Positions 16,725 through 25,848 of a DNA stretch of 64,000 nucleotides are shown here, piece by piece. A program made the translations under genes and the position numbers. Under the pieces are notes generated by a model, which saw only the letters and a program-made list of their open reading frames with translations, ran no database searches and was not told where the DNA came from. The DNA comes from a virus. Each line of letters starts with the position of its first letter. The first letter of the stretch is position 1. The stretch lies in IMG/VR virus record IMGVR_UViG_3300032893_000026; one strand, given 5' to 3'.

Positions 16725-19247
16725 GTGGCAAGCAACAGATACAACAGGCCCACCAAACTACCAAAATCGACCACTCACGAGATGCTGGACCTCAACCAGT
16801 CGGTCTATCCCGAGGATTCGCCCGCTTCGCCCTCTCCTCCCGTGGCCGTGGCCGATCCCACGCCGTCCAATGCCGGGATCCAGGGAGTGGAGGCGGCGGC
16901 CCCCATGCCTGAGCCGGGCGGTGATCCGGAAGGTGAGCCGGAACAGGACCCGGAGGATCCAGTAAGGCCTATACGGGCCCCAGATCCAGGCCCCGGACCT
17001 CACCCGGACAAAGACAGGGAGCCAGGACCGGCTACAGGCCCGATCCCTGTGGCGCAGAGCCCGGCCAGAGCCTCCCAGGCCAGGGGGGAGGTGGTATCAG
17101 ACCCCCCGGCGCCCCGAGAGCCTGTAGGGCCAGCCACGGGGCCTGCTGCAGGGCCTGCTACAGGGCTTGATACGAGGCCGGGAGCGGGGTACTCCAAGCC
17201 CCGTCCCGGGGCAGGCCTGGACACCCCTACAGTCAGGGCGGAGGCCCGCCATAGGGGCGAGGTGACCGGGCCTGGGGCCAGGGAGCGCAGGCAGGAGCCA
17301 AAACAGAGCCCGAGGACGGAAACGCCTCAGCCGGGCATGACCGACATCGGCTCTCCCTTCCCCACGCCGAAGCAGTTTGACCTCTCGCCCGAAGACTTCT
17401 TCACGTACTGGAGAGATCTCCGTCCGAGCGACCAGGACCGGGTGATGGTGTACGCCTACCGGTTGTGGCCGGTGTGCGACGTGTTGCAAAATCTCCCGCC
17501 GGAGGAGATCGAGGCCATCGCGCGGAAGGAGAAGCCCAAGCCCCCGGTCAACATCGCCAAGTTCGTCTCGCCGTGGGGCACCGCCCAAACCTACCGGCAG
17601 GACATCCTGCACCGCTTCGGGAGCGGGGATTACAATTTCAGGCTGAACGACACCTCCGCGCCCCTGCCGAGCGGCAAGCGGGGGAGCCGCACCGTCTGCA
17701 TGACCACGGTGAGCGGGCTGCGCGACTTCGATCATTACCCTCCCGTACTGGACGTGAGCGAACTGGTGGTGGCAGACCCCGCCAACCAGAGTTACGTGCG
17801 GTGGAGGCAACTCAAGGGTCTTAAGACGCCCGGCGCGGAGAGTGACCGGATGGAAGGAGATGACGAAATGGCGGGAGCCGAGGCAGTCAAAGCACTCACG
17901 GGCACCGTGGCATCGCTCACGGAGAAGCTCACCAACCAGAAGATGGATCCCAACATGGCCGCGACGGGCCGCGCGGCGGAGGTGGTGGCCGATGCCGCCA
18001 AGCAAGGACAGCAGATTATTGCGGAGGCAATGCGGGTGGCGCGGGAGACTGCCGCCGCCAGCCAGAACCCCCACGCCTATCACGAGGACATCATGAACGC
18101 AGCCAAAACTCTCACCCCGCCTCCTCCGCCGCCCGGATCCTCCATCGGGGTCGCCGAGATCCTGGGCATCTTCCAGACCTTCATCGCGTCGCAACAGACC
18201 CAGTTCTCCTCGATGCTCTCGCTCGTTCAGGAGAACGCACGCACACAAATGGAGGAGATGCGGACGCGTCTCAAAATCACCGAAGAGCGGCTCACTGCGG
18301 CCCTCACTCCCAAAACTGAATCCAACTCCGGCAACTCCGGATCCTCCACCAGCAACCCGAAGCCGAAGGGATTGCTGGAACAGTTGAAGGAGATGAAAGA
18401 GGTGGTGGACATGTTTGGGGGCCTGAACGAGGCCTCCGAGAAATCCGGCATGCCGGGGTGGGTGCCGATTGCGGCCCAGGCGGCCCAGGGAGTCCTGGGC
18501 AACTTGGCTACGCTCGTCTACAACATGAAGCTCCAACCGGGCCAAGCGCCCATGGCTCCCATGCCTCCTGCCCAGGTGGGCGAGACGGAGGAGTTGGAAC
18601 CCGAGCCGGGGCAGGAAGAGGAGACGGAAATGGGAATGGTACTGAATCTGGTGAAACAGCTAGAAGCCCCCCTGTTGAACGCCTTGCAGCAGGGCAAGAC
18701 GGGCTATCAATTCGGCGCGGAGTTCCTGTTGCAGCAGGGAGACATGGCGTACTCATGGATGTGCGAACAGGGATCCGACAAACTGCTTACCTACCTGCAA
18801 CTGCACCCGCCGCTCTGGGCTCAGTTGATCCGCATCCCGGACCGCTTCGCGCAGTTCCTCAACCAGTTCCTGGAGAGGGACAAGGTGCTCTCCCTGGCGC
18901 AGAGGATGCGCATGGCGGCCTCCGGTGTCCGCGTCCCCCAGCCCATTCACCAATCCGCCCAGGCTCCCCCACCTCCGGCCAGACCCATGACCCAGGCTCA
19001 CCCGGCTTACCCGCCCCCGCCTCAAGCCCCATCCCCGGCTCCAGCCCCCACCCCAGCCCCCACTCCAGCCCCCACTCCCGTCTCCGGCTCCAACACCACC
19101 GTCATCCGCCCCGAGGTGCAGACCGTGATCATGGACCCGGCGCAACGGATGGGCCCGGGCCGGGGGGTGTCCAGACCGAAGGTTGTGACGGTGGAGGGTG
19201 TGGAGAGCACGGAGGGAACGGCTCAAGGAGGAGAGCCCGCCAAATAA
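16725..19247 (+). CDS. Large Pro-rich/helical protein of unknown function (about 840 aa)
   Basis: GTG start with AGGAGG RBS; P-rich termini, central HRFGSGDYNFRL domain, long predicted helices; own terminator. Confidence 0.7.
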   Translation: MASNRYNRPTKLPKSTTHEMLDLNQSVYPEDSPASPSPPVAVADPTPSNAGIQGVEAAAPMPEPGGDPEGEPEQDPEDPVRPIRAPDPGPGPHPDKDREPGPATGPIPVAQSPARASQARGEVVSDPPAPREPVGPATGPAAGPATGLDTRPGAGYSKPRPGAGLDTPTVRAEARHRGEVTGPGARERRQEPKQSPRTETPQPGMTDIGSPFPTPKQFDLSPEDFFTYWRDLRPSDQDRVMVYAYRLWPVCDVLQNLPPEEIEAIARKEKPKPPVNIAKFVSPWGTAQTYRQDILHRFGSGDYNFRLNDTSAPLPSGKRGSRTVCMTTVSGLRDFDHYPPVLDVSELVVADPANQSYVRWRQLKGLKTPGAESDRMEGDDEMAGAEAVKALTGTVASLTEKLTNQKMDPNMAATGRAAEVVADAAKQGQQIIAEAMRVARETAAASQNPHAYHEDIMNAAKTLTPPPPPPGSSIGVAEILGIFQTFIASQQTQFSSMLSLVQENARTQMEEMRTRLKITEERLTAALTPKTESNSGNSGSSTSNPKPKGLLEQLKEMKEVVDMFGGLNEASEKSGMPGWVPIAAQAAQGVLGNLATLVYNMKLQPGQAPMAPMPPAQVGETEELEPEPGQEEETEMGMVLNLVKQLEAPLLNALQQGKTGYQFGAEFLLQQGDMAYSWMCEQGSDKLLTYLQLHPPLWAQLIRIPDRFAQFLNQFLERDKVLSLAQRMRMAASGVRVPQPIHQSAQAPPPPARPMTQAHPAYPPPPQAPSPAPAPTPAPTPAPTPVSGSNTTVIRPEVQTVIMDPAQRMGPGRGVSRPKVVTVEGVESTEGTAQGGEPAK

Positions 19248-19262
19248 TTTAGAATCTAAAAG
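19246..19262. promoter_or_regulatory. Palindromic site copy (1 mismatch)
   Basis: AATTTAGAATCTAAAAG overlapping the stop codon of 16725-19247. Confidence 0.65.
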
Positions 19263-19286
19263 AGGGTCTTTGCTTCCATCAAGCAG

Positions 19287-19335
19287 GGGCGGCCTCCTCC
19301 CCACTGGAGCGTGGGAGAGGAGGCCGCCCTTTTTT
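19287..19335 (+). terminator. Rho-independent terminator
   Basis: 13-bp stem GGGCGGCCTCCTC/GAGGAGGCCGCCC with an inner CCCAC/GTGGG extension, followed by T6. Confidence 0.85.
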
Positions 19336-19358
19336 ATTGCGGGAGAGACGAGGGAGAG

Positions 19359-19928
19359 CTAGTCGGGAATCGTCAGGGTGTCGGAGCCGGGGTCAGAAGC
19401 GGGGATGCCAAGGGTGGCGTCCACGATAGTGACGGCGGGATCTCCGATGGAGACAGCCAAAGGGTTTCCGGGAGGCCCGTCGAAGTTGAGTTGGAACGAG
19501 TAGTTGGGGAGGGCCGTGCCGTTCGCGTCCGTCGCCATGAGGGTCACCGTGCATGGGGTTGTCTGGCCGGAAGGCAGGGTGACCTTCCGGGCAATGTAGA
19601 TGTCGCCGTGCCCGGCATCCAGGCCCGCGAAGAAATTGGTGTAGTCGCTTACCTGCACCTTGCGGCCCTTGAGTTGCGCCGGGTTGGAGTTGGTGTCGAC
19701 TCCGGTGGGGAATGAGAACTTCGCCGCGTGCCCATTCGGGACAGTTAGTGGTGAAAGTGGCATGATCGTTTCCGTGTCCTTTGCTGGTTGATGTTGATGT
19801 TGGTATTGGTGTTGGTACTGCTGGTGCACCGGGCGGGCCATCTCGCTTATCGCCGTGGCCGCCGCGAGGGTAAGCAGGGAAGGAATCAGCAGGAGGATCA
19901 GATTGCAGAGGTGGGTGACAGGGTCCAT
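19359..19928 (-). CDS. Secreted-looking beta-sandwich protein
   Basis: Hydrophobic N-terminus, QHQYQH linker, beta-rich C-terminal domain; start could instead be 19763. Confidence 0.45.
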   Translation of the reverse strand: MDPVTHLCNLILLLIPSLLTLAAATAISEMARPVHQQYQHQYQHQHQPAKDTETIMPLSPLTVPNGHAAKFSFPTGVDTNSNPAQLKGRKVQVSDYTNFFAGLDAGHGDIYIARKVTLPSGQTTPCTVTLMATDANGTALPNYSFQLNFDGPPGNPLAVSIGDPAVTIVDATLGIPASDPGSDTLTIPD

Positions 19929-20036
19929 GGATCCGTCCGGGCACCCATGAGATTAACACGGCGCCTGAGTCAGGGCCTGAGGTTAGGGCCTGGGGCCAGG
20001 GACTGGCGCCCGGACGGCAAACTGCGGATACTGCGG

Positions 20037-20399
20037 TTAGCGCCTGCGGGACTGGGTGCGGGGGCGGCGGGTCTGGATGAACTCGCGGTACTGCATTTCC
20101 TGCAATGCCCGGTCTGCCGCCAGGGCCGCCAGCCGCACGGCCTCCTCGATCTGTTCCTGGGAAGGGAGCGTGCGGAACATGGTGGAGTTGTCCCCCTGCT
20201 CGATGGTGTCTTCGCCAACCAGGGCCGCCACCATCGCGCCCGAATAGTCTTGCAGGAGGTCCGTCCAGATGTCCCGGTACTCGATGCCCCAACGGGGGAG
20301 AGGGAACCGTTGCGGGTCCCTGTCGGGCAGTTGCCGCGCCTCCTCCCTCTCCCTGCGTTCGCGATCCCGATCCCGATCCTTGGTGCCGTCGCCGTTCAT
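20037..20399 (-). CDS. Hypothetical protein
   Basis: Start MNGDGTK just after the ParB stop; plausible globular core. Confidence 0.45.
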   Translation of the reverse strand: MNGDGTKDRDRDRERREREEARQLPDRDPQRFPLPRWGIEYRDIWTDLLQDYSGAMVAALVGEDTIEQGDNSTMFRTLPSQEQIEEAVRLAALAADRALQEMQYREFIQTRRPRTQSRRR

Positions 20400-20415
20400 A
20401 AGAGTGCTCCTGTGT

Positions 20416-21315
20416 CTATTTCTTCGAGCAGAGGTCCGCCAGCTTGGAAAGAATGCTGCGGGCGGAGACTTTTCCGGTGCAGAAGCGGCAGAAATCCTGG
20501 CACCAGATCTGCCACGGCTCCGCCTCTCCGCCTTCCGGAATCTTCGCAAAGGCCTCCTCGAAGGGCAACCGGATTTCCTTCGCCGTGCGGGCCTTCTGCG
20601 CGGCCTCCGGCTTCTGCTTGCTTTTCTGTTTCCGCACCGCCGTGCGCGTGACTTTGCCGCCGCCCGTCTGGGCCGCCTTGAGGGCCTTGGCCCGCTCCTC
20701 CGGCTCCAGGTCCGCAAGCTCGTATGCCGTGGCGACTGCGATGCCCTTCTTGCCGCCCGTCTCCTCATGCTGCGCGACGAGCTTCTGCTCCGAGGGGGAG
20801 AGCTTGGTCAGCTTCAGCGTCTGCGTGACCCAACCCTCCGACACGTTCATCGAGCGGGCGATCTCCTTGCCGGTCATCTCGAATCCGCCCTCCGCGATGG
20901 GAGCTTTCATGCGGGAGATGTTGTGGGCCTTGTCCACGCTCGTGAGTTCCTTGCGGTGCAGGTTCTCCACGGCGTTGGCGAGAAAGGCCAGCTTGGGATT
21001 CCACGGCATGTCCTCGTAACGCAGGGCAAAGTAATCCTCGCCCTCCGGCATGAGCCCGTCTTCGGTTATCTTGACGGCGGCCAGAGCCCGGCGGAATCCG
21101 AAGATCACGTACCGCTTGCCGTCCTCCGGGTTGACCGAGGTCCTGATCGGGCTCTCCTGCCCGTGCTCCAGCAGGGAGGCCATCATGTCTTCGATCTTGC
21201 CCGGATACCGGCGGCCATTGCGCTCCAGGTCGATGACCAGGGTACGGGGGTCGATGGACGGGGCCAGGGCCGTAGCCTGGGCCGCGCTTTCGGTTACTGC
21301 TTCCACTTTCGGCAT
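20416..21315 (-). CDS. parB: ParB/Spo0J-family protein
   Basis: NGRR, GQESPI, GFRR (GxRR-like), ENLHRKEL motifs, then an HTH (TGKEIARSMNVSEGWVTQTL). Confidence 0.8.
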   Translation of the reverse strand: MPKVEAVTESAAQATALAPSIDPRTLVIDLERNGRRYPGKIEDMMASLLEHGQESPIRTSVNPEDGKRYVIFGFRRALAAVKITEDGLMPEGEDYFALRYEDMPWNPKLAFLANAVENLHRKELTSVDKAHNISRMKAPIAEGGFEMTGKEIARSMNVSEGWVTQTLKLTKLSPSEQKLVAQHEETGGKKGIAVATAYELADLEPEERAKALKAAQTGGGKVTRTAVRKQKSKQKPEAAQKARTAKEIRLPFEEAFAKIPEGGEAEPWQIWCQDFCRFCTGKVSARSILSKLADLCSKK

Positions 21316-21362
21316 TTTGCTAGTCCTCGTTCTTCAAAAGTTTTTTCTGCATCGTGCCACAA

Positions 21363-21407
21363 TACGGGCGCGTACAGGGACTACAAAATTCCTGTCCCGC
21401 GCCCGTA
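21363..21407. promoter_or_regulatory. Intergenic hairpin upstream of parB
   Basis: TACGGGCGCG...CGCGCCCGTA outer stem with an ACAGG/CCTGT inner stem. Confidence 0.55.
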
Positions 21408-21422
21408 CTGCAACGGCTGTAA

Positions 21423-21833
21423 TCAATTGATCTCATCGTCCCCGGATCCGGGCTCTCCGTCATCCACGATGACGGCGCTCTCGTCTTCCGGTTCGTCCTC
21501 GTAATCGGGGACCTCGACTTCCGCCTCCTCCTCCTCGAAATCGTCCTCCTCCTCATCGTCGCCTTCGTCGCCTTCGTCGCCTTCCTCCACGTCGCCTTCC
21601 TCCACCTCCACTTCCTCGTGGACGGTTTCGACGGGTCCGACAAAGGCGTACTTATCGACGGCGGGGAAAGTATCGGCGTCCGGGTCCTCGATCAATACGC
21701 TGTACATGTCGTTTCCAATCAGCAGGCAAGCCCGCTCCCCGTACGGGACGAAGTCTCCCTCGTCCCCGGTCGGGCTGGTGATGCGGTACTCCTCGTCTCC
21801 TAATTCGGTTGTGAATTCCGTGGGCGTGGGCAT
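21423..21833 (-). CDS. Extremely acidic protein (136 aa)
   Basis: C-terminal half is mostly D/E (EEGDEGDEGDDEEEDDFEEEE). Confidence 0.7.
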   Translation of the reverse strand: MPTPTEFTTELGDEEYRITSPTGDEGDFVPYGERACLLIGNDMYSVLIEDPDADTFPAVDKYAFVGPVETVHEEVEVEEGDVEEGDEGDEGDDEEEDDFEEEEAEVEVPDYEDEPEDESAVIVDDGEPGSGDDEIN

Positions 21834-22252
21834 AAGCGGTCCTCAGTCTGAGAGCGTACCACGGCTCACAGGATGACCCGTTCCCTCTCTCCCTCAAATC
21901 TCTGCTCCAATGCCTCGCTCACCTCCCAGGCGTCGCGCCCGGCGGCGGCCACCAGGATCATTTTTGGGACGGGGGATCCCCTCTGAATCATGGAGACGGC
22001 GATGACAGACCGTTCTTCGGCCTCCTCCGCCTCCCGCATCGCCTGCCAGAGACGGAGGCACAACCGCAGATAGTACAAGAAGTCCAGAGACATAGACAGG
22101 GACAGCTTCATTTGATCCTCCAGTCGAGCGGATACCGCATCTGGCATTTCACACACTCGTAGTGCCCGAAGTGCGGCCTCGACAGATACCTGTCTCCATG
22201 CCAGACGATGCACCAATACCTGCGCACGATGTAGACGAGCCTGATCATGAGA

Positions 22253-22669
22253 TCACCCCGCGCTCGTGTAGCCGAGGCTCTGGAGGGCCGCGCGGGTGAG
22301 GGTGTCGAGATTGACCGTGCCCCGGTTGGCCCTGACGGTGGCCGAGGCCATCCGCATCGCATGCGTGCGCGATACGCCGGAGGCCGCGTCCTGGATGCAG
22401 GAGGCCAGGGCACGCACCAGATCGAGCGGCACTGCCTCCGCGTTCGAGGGGCTGCCCTCCACGTCCAGCCCCCCGGAAGCCGCTTGGCGCCTGCGGTGTC
22501 CGTAGGCCTCGCGCCCGGCGTCTACGGACCACGCCAGGGCCCACAGGGCCTCGCAGAACCGGCGGATAAGGCCGGGGGCGGCCACCAGGGCCACCCCCGA
22601 GATCGACGCCATGGCGGCCAGCGTGAGGCCCGCCACGGCCAAATCATGAGCGAGTCGCATACCCTGCAT
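22253..22669 (-). CDS. Hypothetical membrane-associated protein
   Basis: Start MQGMRL coupled to the upstream stop; N-terminal hydrophobic helix. Confidence 0.4.
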   Translation of the reverse strand: MQGMRLAHDLAVAGLTLAAMASISGVALVAAPGLIRRFCEALWALAWSVDAGREAYGHRRRQAASGGLDVEGSPSNAEAVPLDLVRALASCIQDAASGVSRTHAMRMASATVRANRGTVNLDTLTRAALQSLGYTSAG

Positions 22670-22671
22670 GG

Positions 22672-23631
22672 TTACTCCTCCTCCCCCTCTTTCCCGTCGC
22701 CGGTATCGAGGTTCCAGGTGCTGGTGATGTGATCGGCAACATCCGGCCACTTGTCCGACGCCACCGTTAGGACTTTGCGGTCCTCCTCCTGGCGTTCCTT
22801 GCGCGTCTCAAACATCTCCATGTCGAGTGCGCCGATGATGTGTTCGCGCACCAGATCCTGGATGAACTCCGGCGTGAGTGCGTCCAACTCCCAGGACTCT
22901 TCGCCATGCTCCTCGATGTAAGCCGCCGCGCGGGAGTCGGTCACTTTCGCTGGATTGGGCGGCAGGCCGAGCGTATCAACCTGCTGCCGCGTAAGCGCAA
23001 TCCTCCGCACTTCGAGATAGGGAGCCAGCCACCGCATAAAAATAGCCATGCGGTCCCGGATATCTCGCGTCATGTCGAGGCCCGAGGGATCGTGGTCCCC
23101 GAGATGCAAAATGAGCGCCCGCTTGTGGTCGCGTCGTATCTTGTACAGGATGCGCTGGGCCGCTCCCCACATCTCCGTGGCACTGGTGTATCCCCTGCAA
23201 CTGAAGTGGGGCACGTCCCACTCATAGCACACACCTTCGAGCACTCCCACCAGTGCGTCCTTCTCGATCCACGCCTCGACATACAGCGGTTGGCCCCTCC
23301 ACAGATTGATGTGATAGGATTGCGCCGCACTCTCGATGATGGAGGCCGGATTCTCCCAGGCGCTCAACGTGCGCAGATTGCGCGTGCGGTCCTCCAGCGA
23401 CTCCCAGTCCACCAAGCCCGCGTACCGGGCATCGTTGATCAGCGCACCCAGATTGTCGTACTCCTTGGGCTTGTTCGCGATGATGTTCTGGCTGACCAGC
23501 TGGTAGTAGAGTTGCCTGAGGGTGAGCGTGAATCCCGCCGCAGTGTACTGCGCAATAATCGCGTTGGATTTATCGATCAGTTCCAGGCTGCGTCCCCGGA
23601 ACGCCTTCTCGATGTAGCAGATTTTCGGCAT
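22672..23631 (-). CDS. Topoisomerase VI subunit A/Spo11-like TOPRIM protein
   Basis: TLRQLYYQL (putative catalytic Tyr), WIEKDAL, RGYTS, GDHDPSG, ELDAL motifs. Confidence 0.8.
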   Translation of the reverse strand: MPKICYIEKAFRGRSLELIDKSNAIIAQYTAAGFTLTLRQLYYQLVSQNIIANKPKEYDNLGALINDARYAGLVDWESLEDRTRNLRTLSAWENPASIIESAAQSYHINLWRGQPLYVEAWIEKDALVGVLEGVCYEWDVPHFSCRGYTSATEMWGAAQRILYKIRRDHKRALILHLGDHDPSGLDMTRDIRDRMAIFMRWLAPYLEVRRIALTRQQVDTLGLPPNPAKVTDSRAAAYIEEHGEESWELDALTPEFIQDLVREHIIGALDMEMFETRKERQEEDRKVLTVASDKWPDVADHITSTWNLDTGDGKEGEEE

Positions 23632-23646
23632 ATGTCCAGTCCTTTG

Positions 23647-23663
23647 AATTTAGAGTCTAAATC
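23647..23663. promoter_or_regulatory. Palindromic site copy
   Basis: AATTTAGAGTCTAAATC; supplies the stop of 23657-23935 and lies 16 bp upstream of the next start. Confidence 0.75.
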
Positions 23664-23935
23664 CTTCCACGGTTGACCGCGTTGCGGAGGGCGCGGGCCG
23701 CGTCCCTCACGCGCTTCTGTTGCAGGGCCTGCTGCGCCTTTTCGAGGGCTTGCTGGCGGGCCAGGATCTTGTACCCGAGCGTGAGCACCGACTCATAGTC
23801 GACCGAGACGGTGTGAGAGGAGCGTTTGGTGCGGAGCGTGAGGTACTTGGCGTGGAGTTCGATGATGATCGGCTTGCCGCGAAACAGGGAGTCCGTCTCG
23901 CGGCGCACGAGCGAAGAGGTGGAGATGCGCGTCAT
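23657..23935 (-). CDS. Small hypothetical protein
   Basis: RBS present; start overlaps the upstream stop. Confidence 0.5.
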   Translation of the reverse strand: MTRISTSSLVRRETDSLFRGKPIIIELHAKYLTLRTKRSSHTVSVDYESVLTLGYKILARQQALEKAQQALQQKRVRDAARALRNAVNRGRI

Positions 23936-24252
23936 TGGACTGTACCCCCTCCCTCTCCCCCTCCGGATATCGGGTTGAGCTTGTTCAGTCTTGCTCTAGA
24001 GGCCTTTTCATTCATGCCCTCGACAACGTGATTGTACCGGACAACTAGAGCACAGATGAGATCCAACAACGTGTCCGGTTCACCAATGTAAGCAGTGGTG
24101 CTACCAATCAGTCCCTTATCATCAGCGATGCGTATCTCCATCACATAAGGCTCACCCTGGATGAATTCGATGGCCCACTGATCGGCGACTCCCACCCACG
24201 CGGATGGGAATAACTTCATCAGGTCGCTTTTAGGATCGGGTGTCCGAGGCAT
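23932..24252 (-). CDS. Small hypothetical protein
   Basis: GAGGT RBS; non-repetitive globular sequence. Confidence 0.5.
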   Translation of the reverse strand: MPRTPDPKSDLMKLFPSAWVGVADQWAIEFIQGEPYVMEIRIADDKGLIGSTTAYIGEPDTLLDLICALVVRYNHVVEGMNEKASRARLNKLNPISGGGEGGGTVQ

Positions 24253-24586
24253 GTTACCTCACTCCCTTCGAGTTATGGGTCATGACGAAGGCCGATAAGC
24301 ACAGGAAGAAGAGGATGCCGTAGAGGGCCCAGTCAAGGGCCCCCCACGTTCGCAGTTGCGCGAGGAAATGCGGGTACCATCCGCGCAGAAGGGCGAGTAG
24401 GTGAGACATGAGTTACTTGTCCTCCTTGGTGGAATGATGCTTGGGGTGGATGATAGCCTCCTCCCAGTAGCGGACCGGATTGCCCTGCGCGTCGTAGTTG
24501 TTGGACTTGCAGATCGAGCAGTAGAGGAACTTACTGCCGATGTTATGGCGGCTCATCTGGCCGCAGTGGCCGCACCACCGTGTCAT

Positions 24587-24835
24587 CTACTTGTCCTCCC
24601 ACCAGTCGAAGTAGAAACGCGGGGAGTGCTGGAAGGTGAGCGTGCCACGGCAGCGGTCCGACTTGCGGCGCACGATCACGAAGGGTGAGGCGAAACCCAT
24701 AACCTCATATTCGAGGGTGAGTTCATGGGTGTCCCAGACTTTGCCGTACTGGGCCTCCAACGCGGCGCGACTGCCCGGCTCCGCGTTGATCTCGGCCACC
24801 AACCGGCGGCGGATGTCTTCCGTCTCGTCGGCCAT
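24587..24835 (-). CDS. Small conserved-looking phage protein (82 aa)
   Basis: WDT.EL...GFASPFV.VRRKSD..GTL.FQHSPRFYF pattern; coupled to its neighbours. Confidence 0.6.
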   Translation of the reverse strand: MADETEDIRRRLVAEINAEPGSRAALEAQYGKVWDTHELTLEYEVMGFASPFVIVRRKSDRCRGTLTFQHSPRFYFDWWEDK

Positions 24836-25117
24836 CTACTTGTCCCCCTTCAGTAGCCGCGTGGCCTGGAACTCGATGTCTAGGGCGGCGCTCCTCAGTG
24901 ATCCGAGGGCGGAGGAGATGGCGCGGGGATCGGATCCGCCGATGAGTTGCTCCATGGCCGTGCCCAGTAAGTCGAGATCAACCCTGAGTTTGTTGATCGT
25001 GATGATTACCCGGCTGGAGGTAAGGCGTCCCTCGCCGTTCTCCTGATCGGCGGCAGGCTTTTGCCCCTGCCCCTGCCCCTGCCCCTGCGTCAAGATCGCG
25101 TCTAAGTTGCTTGCCAT
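24836..25117 (-). CDS. Small hypothetical protein
   Basis: RBS AAAGGA; GQ repeat then a helical body. Confidence 0.45.
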   Translation of the reverse strand: MASNLDAILTQGQGQGQGQKPAADQENGEGRLTSSRVIITINKLRVDLDLLGTAMEQLIGGSDPRAISSALGSLRSAALDIEFQATRLLKGDK

Positions 25118-25204
25118 TGTGCGTTGTCCTTTCGTATCCCTCTACCTTATGTAGGTGGAGGCGGAGCCCCCTCCGCATGGGAGAGGGACCGTCACCACCT
25201 ACAG

Positions 25205-25777
25205 CTATCTCTCGTCCCTGTCCTTCCAGATCTGGAGAGCCTTGTCTATAGTGAGGTTGGGGTTGGTCCGCCGCATGGCCCTGATCACCTCGTCCCGGGC
25301 ATTCTCATCGTCCTCCGGAGTTACGACGAGAACGATGCCATCGAGGTAGTACTGGATGTATCTGGGGTATCCGGGGGCGGTCCGTATCCAGGAGTATGTC
25401 AGCCGGGGTCTGCTTGCCAGGGCCTGGGCCCAAGCCAGGGCGACTGCCTGGGCCTCATCCCGAGCCCTGGCCTCCCTCTCTATGGCCTTGCCCCAAGCCA
25501 GGAAGGCCTGGGACGGGCCGTTGGCCTGGGGGGTGCCGGAGGCCGGGGACTGGGGATCCGGATTGCTGGCGGCCTCCGCAGGCCCTTCCGTATGGCTGTT
25601 ATCGCAGACCGGGCATGCCGTACGTCTGTTATCCCAGTCCCATGCCTTGGCCCGGAGACTCTCGTAGGCCTTCCGCTGGGGGCTGGAGGGCGGGTACAAA
25701 TGCTGCGTCAGTATAAGAGCTTGGCAAATCAGATCCGCCTCCTCCTGCGTGACGCTGAGATTGAGTGTCGTTTCCAT
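25205..25777 (-). CDS. Hypothetical protein
   Basis: Start METTLN with GGAG RBS. Confidence 0.45.
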   Translation of the reverse strand: METTLNLSVTQEEADLICQALILTQHLYPPSSPQRKAYESLRAKAWDWDNRRTACPVCDNSHTEGPAEAASNPDPQSPASGTPQANGPSQAFLAWGKAIEREARARDEAQAVALAWAQALASRPRLTYSWIRTAPGYPRYIQYYLDGIVLVVTPEDDENARDEVIRAMRRTNPNLTIDKALQIWKDRDER

Positions 25778-25848
25778 TTCTGCATCTCCATTTCCAGGCC
25801 GGGCCGGGCCCCCTGAGATAGAGGGCCCGGTCAACCGGGTATCGGATG

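Noticed and set aside
16465-21331. 13-bp inverted repeat AACGAGGACTAGC as invertase sites flanking the plus-strand gene
   Set aside because: Many 13-bp matches are expected by chance in 58 kb, there is no internal dyad, and the enclosed genes lie on both strands.
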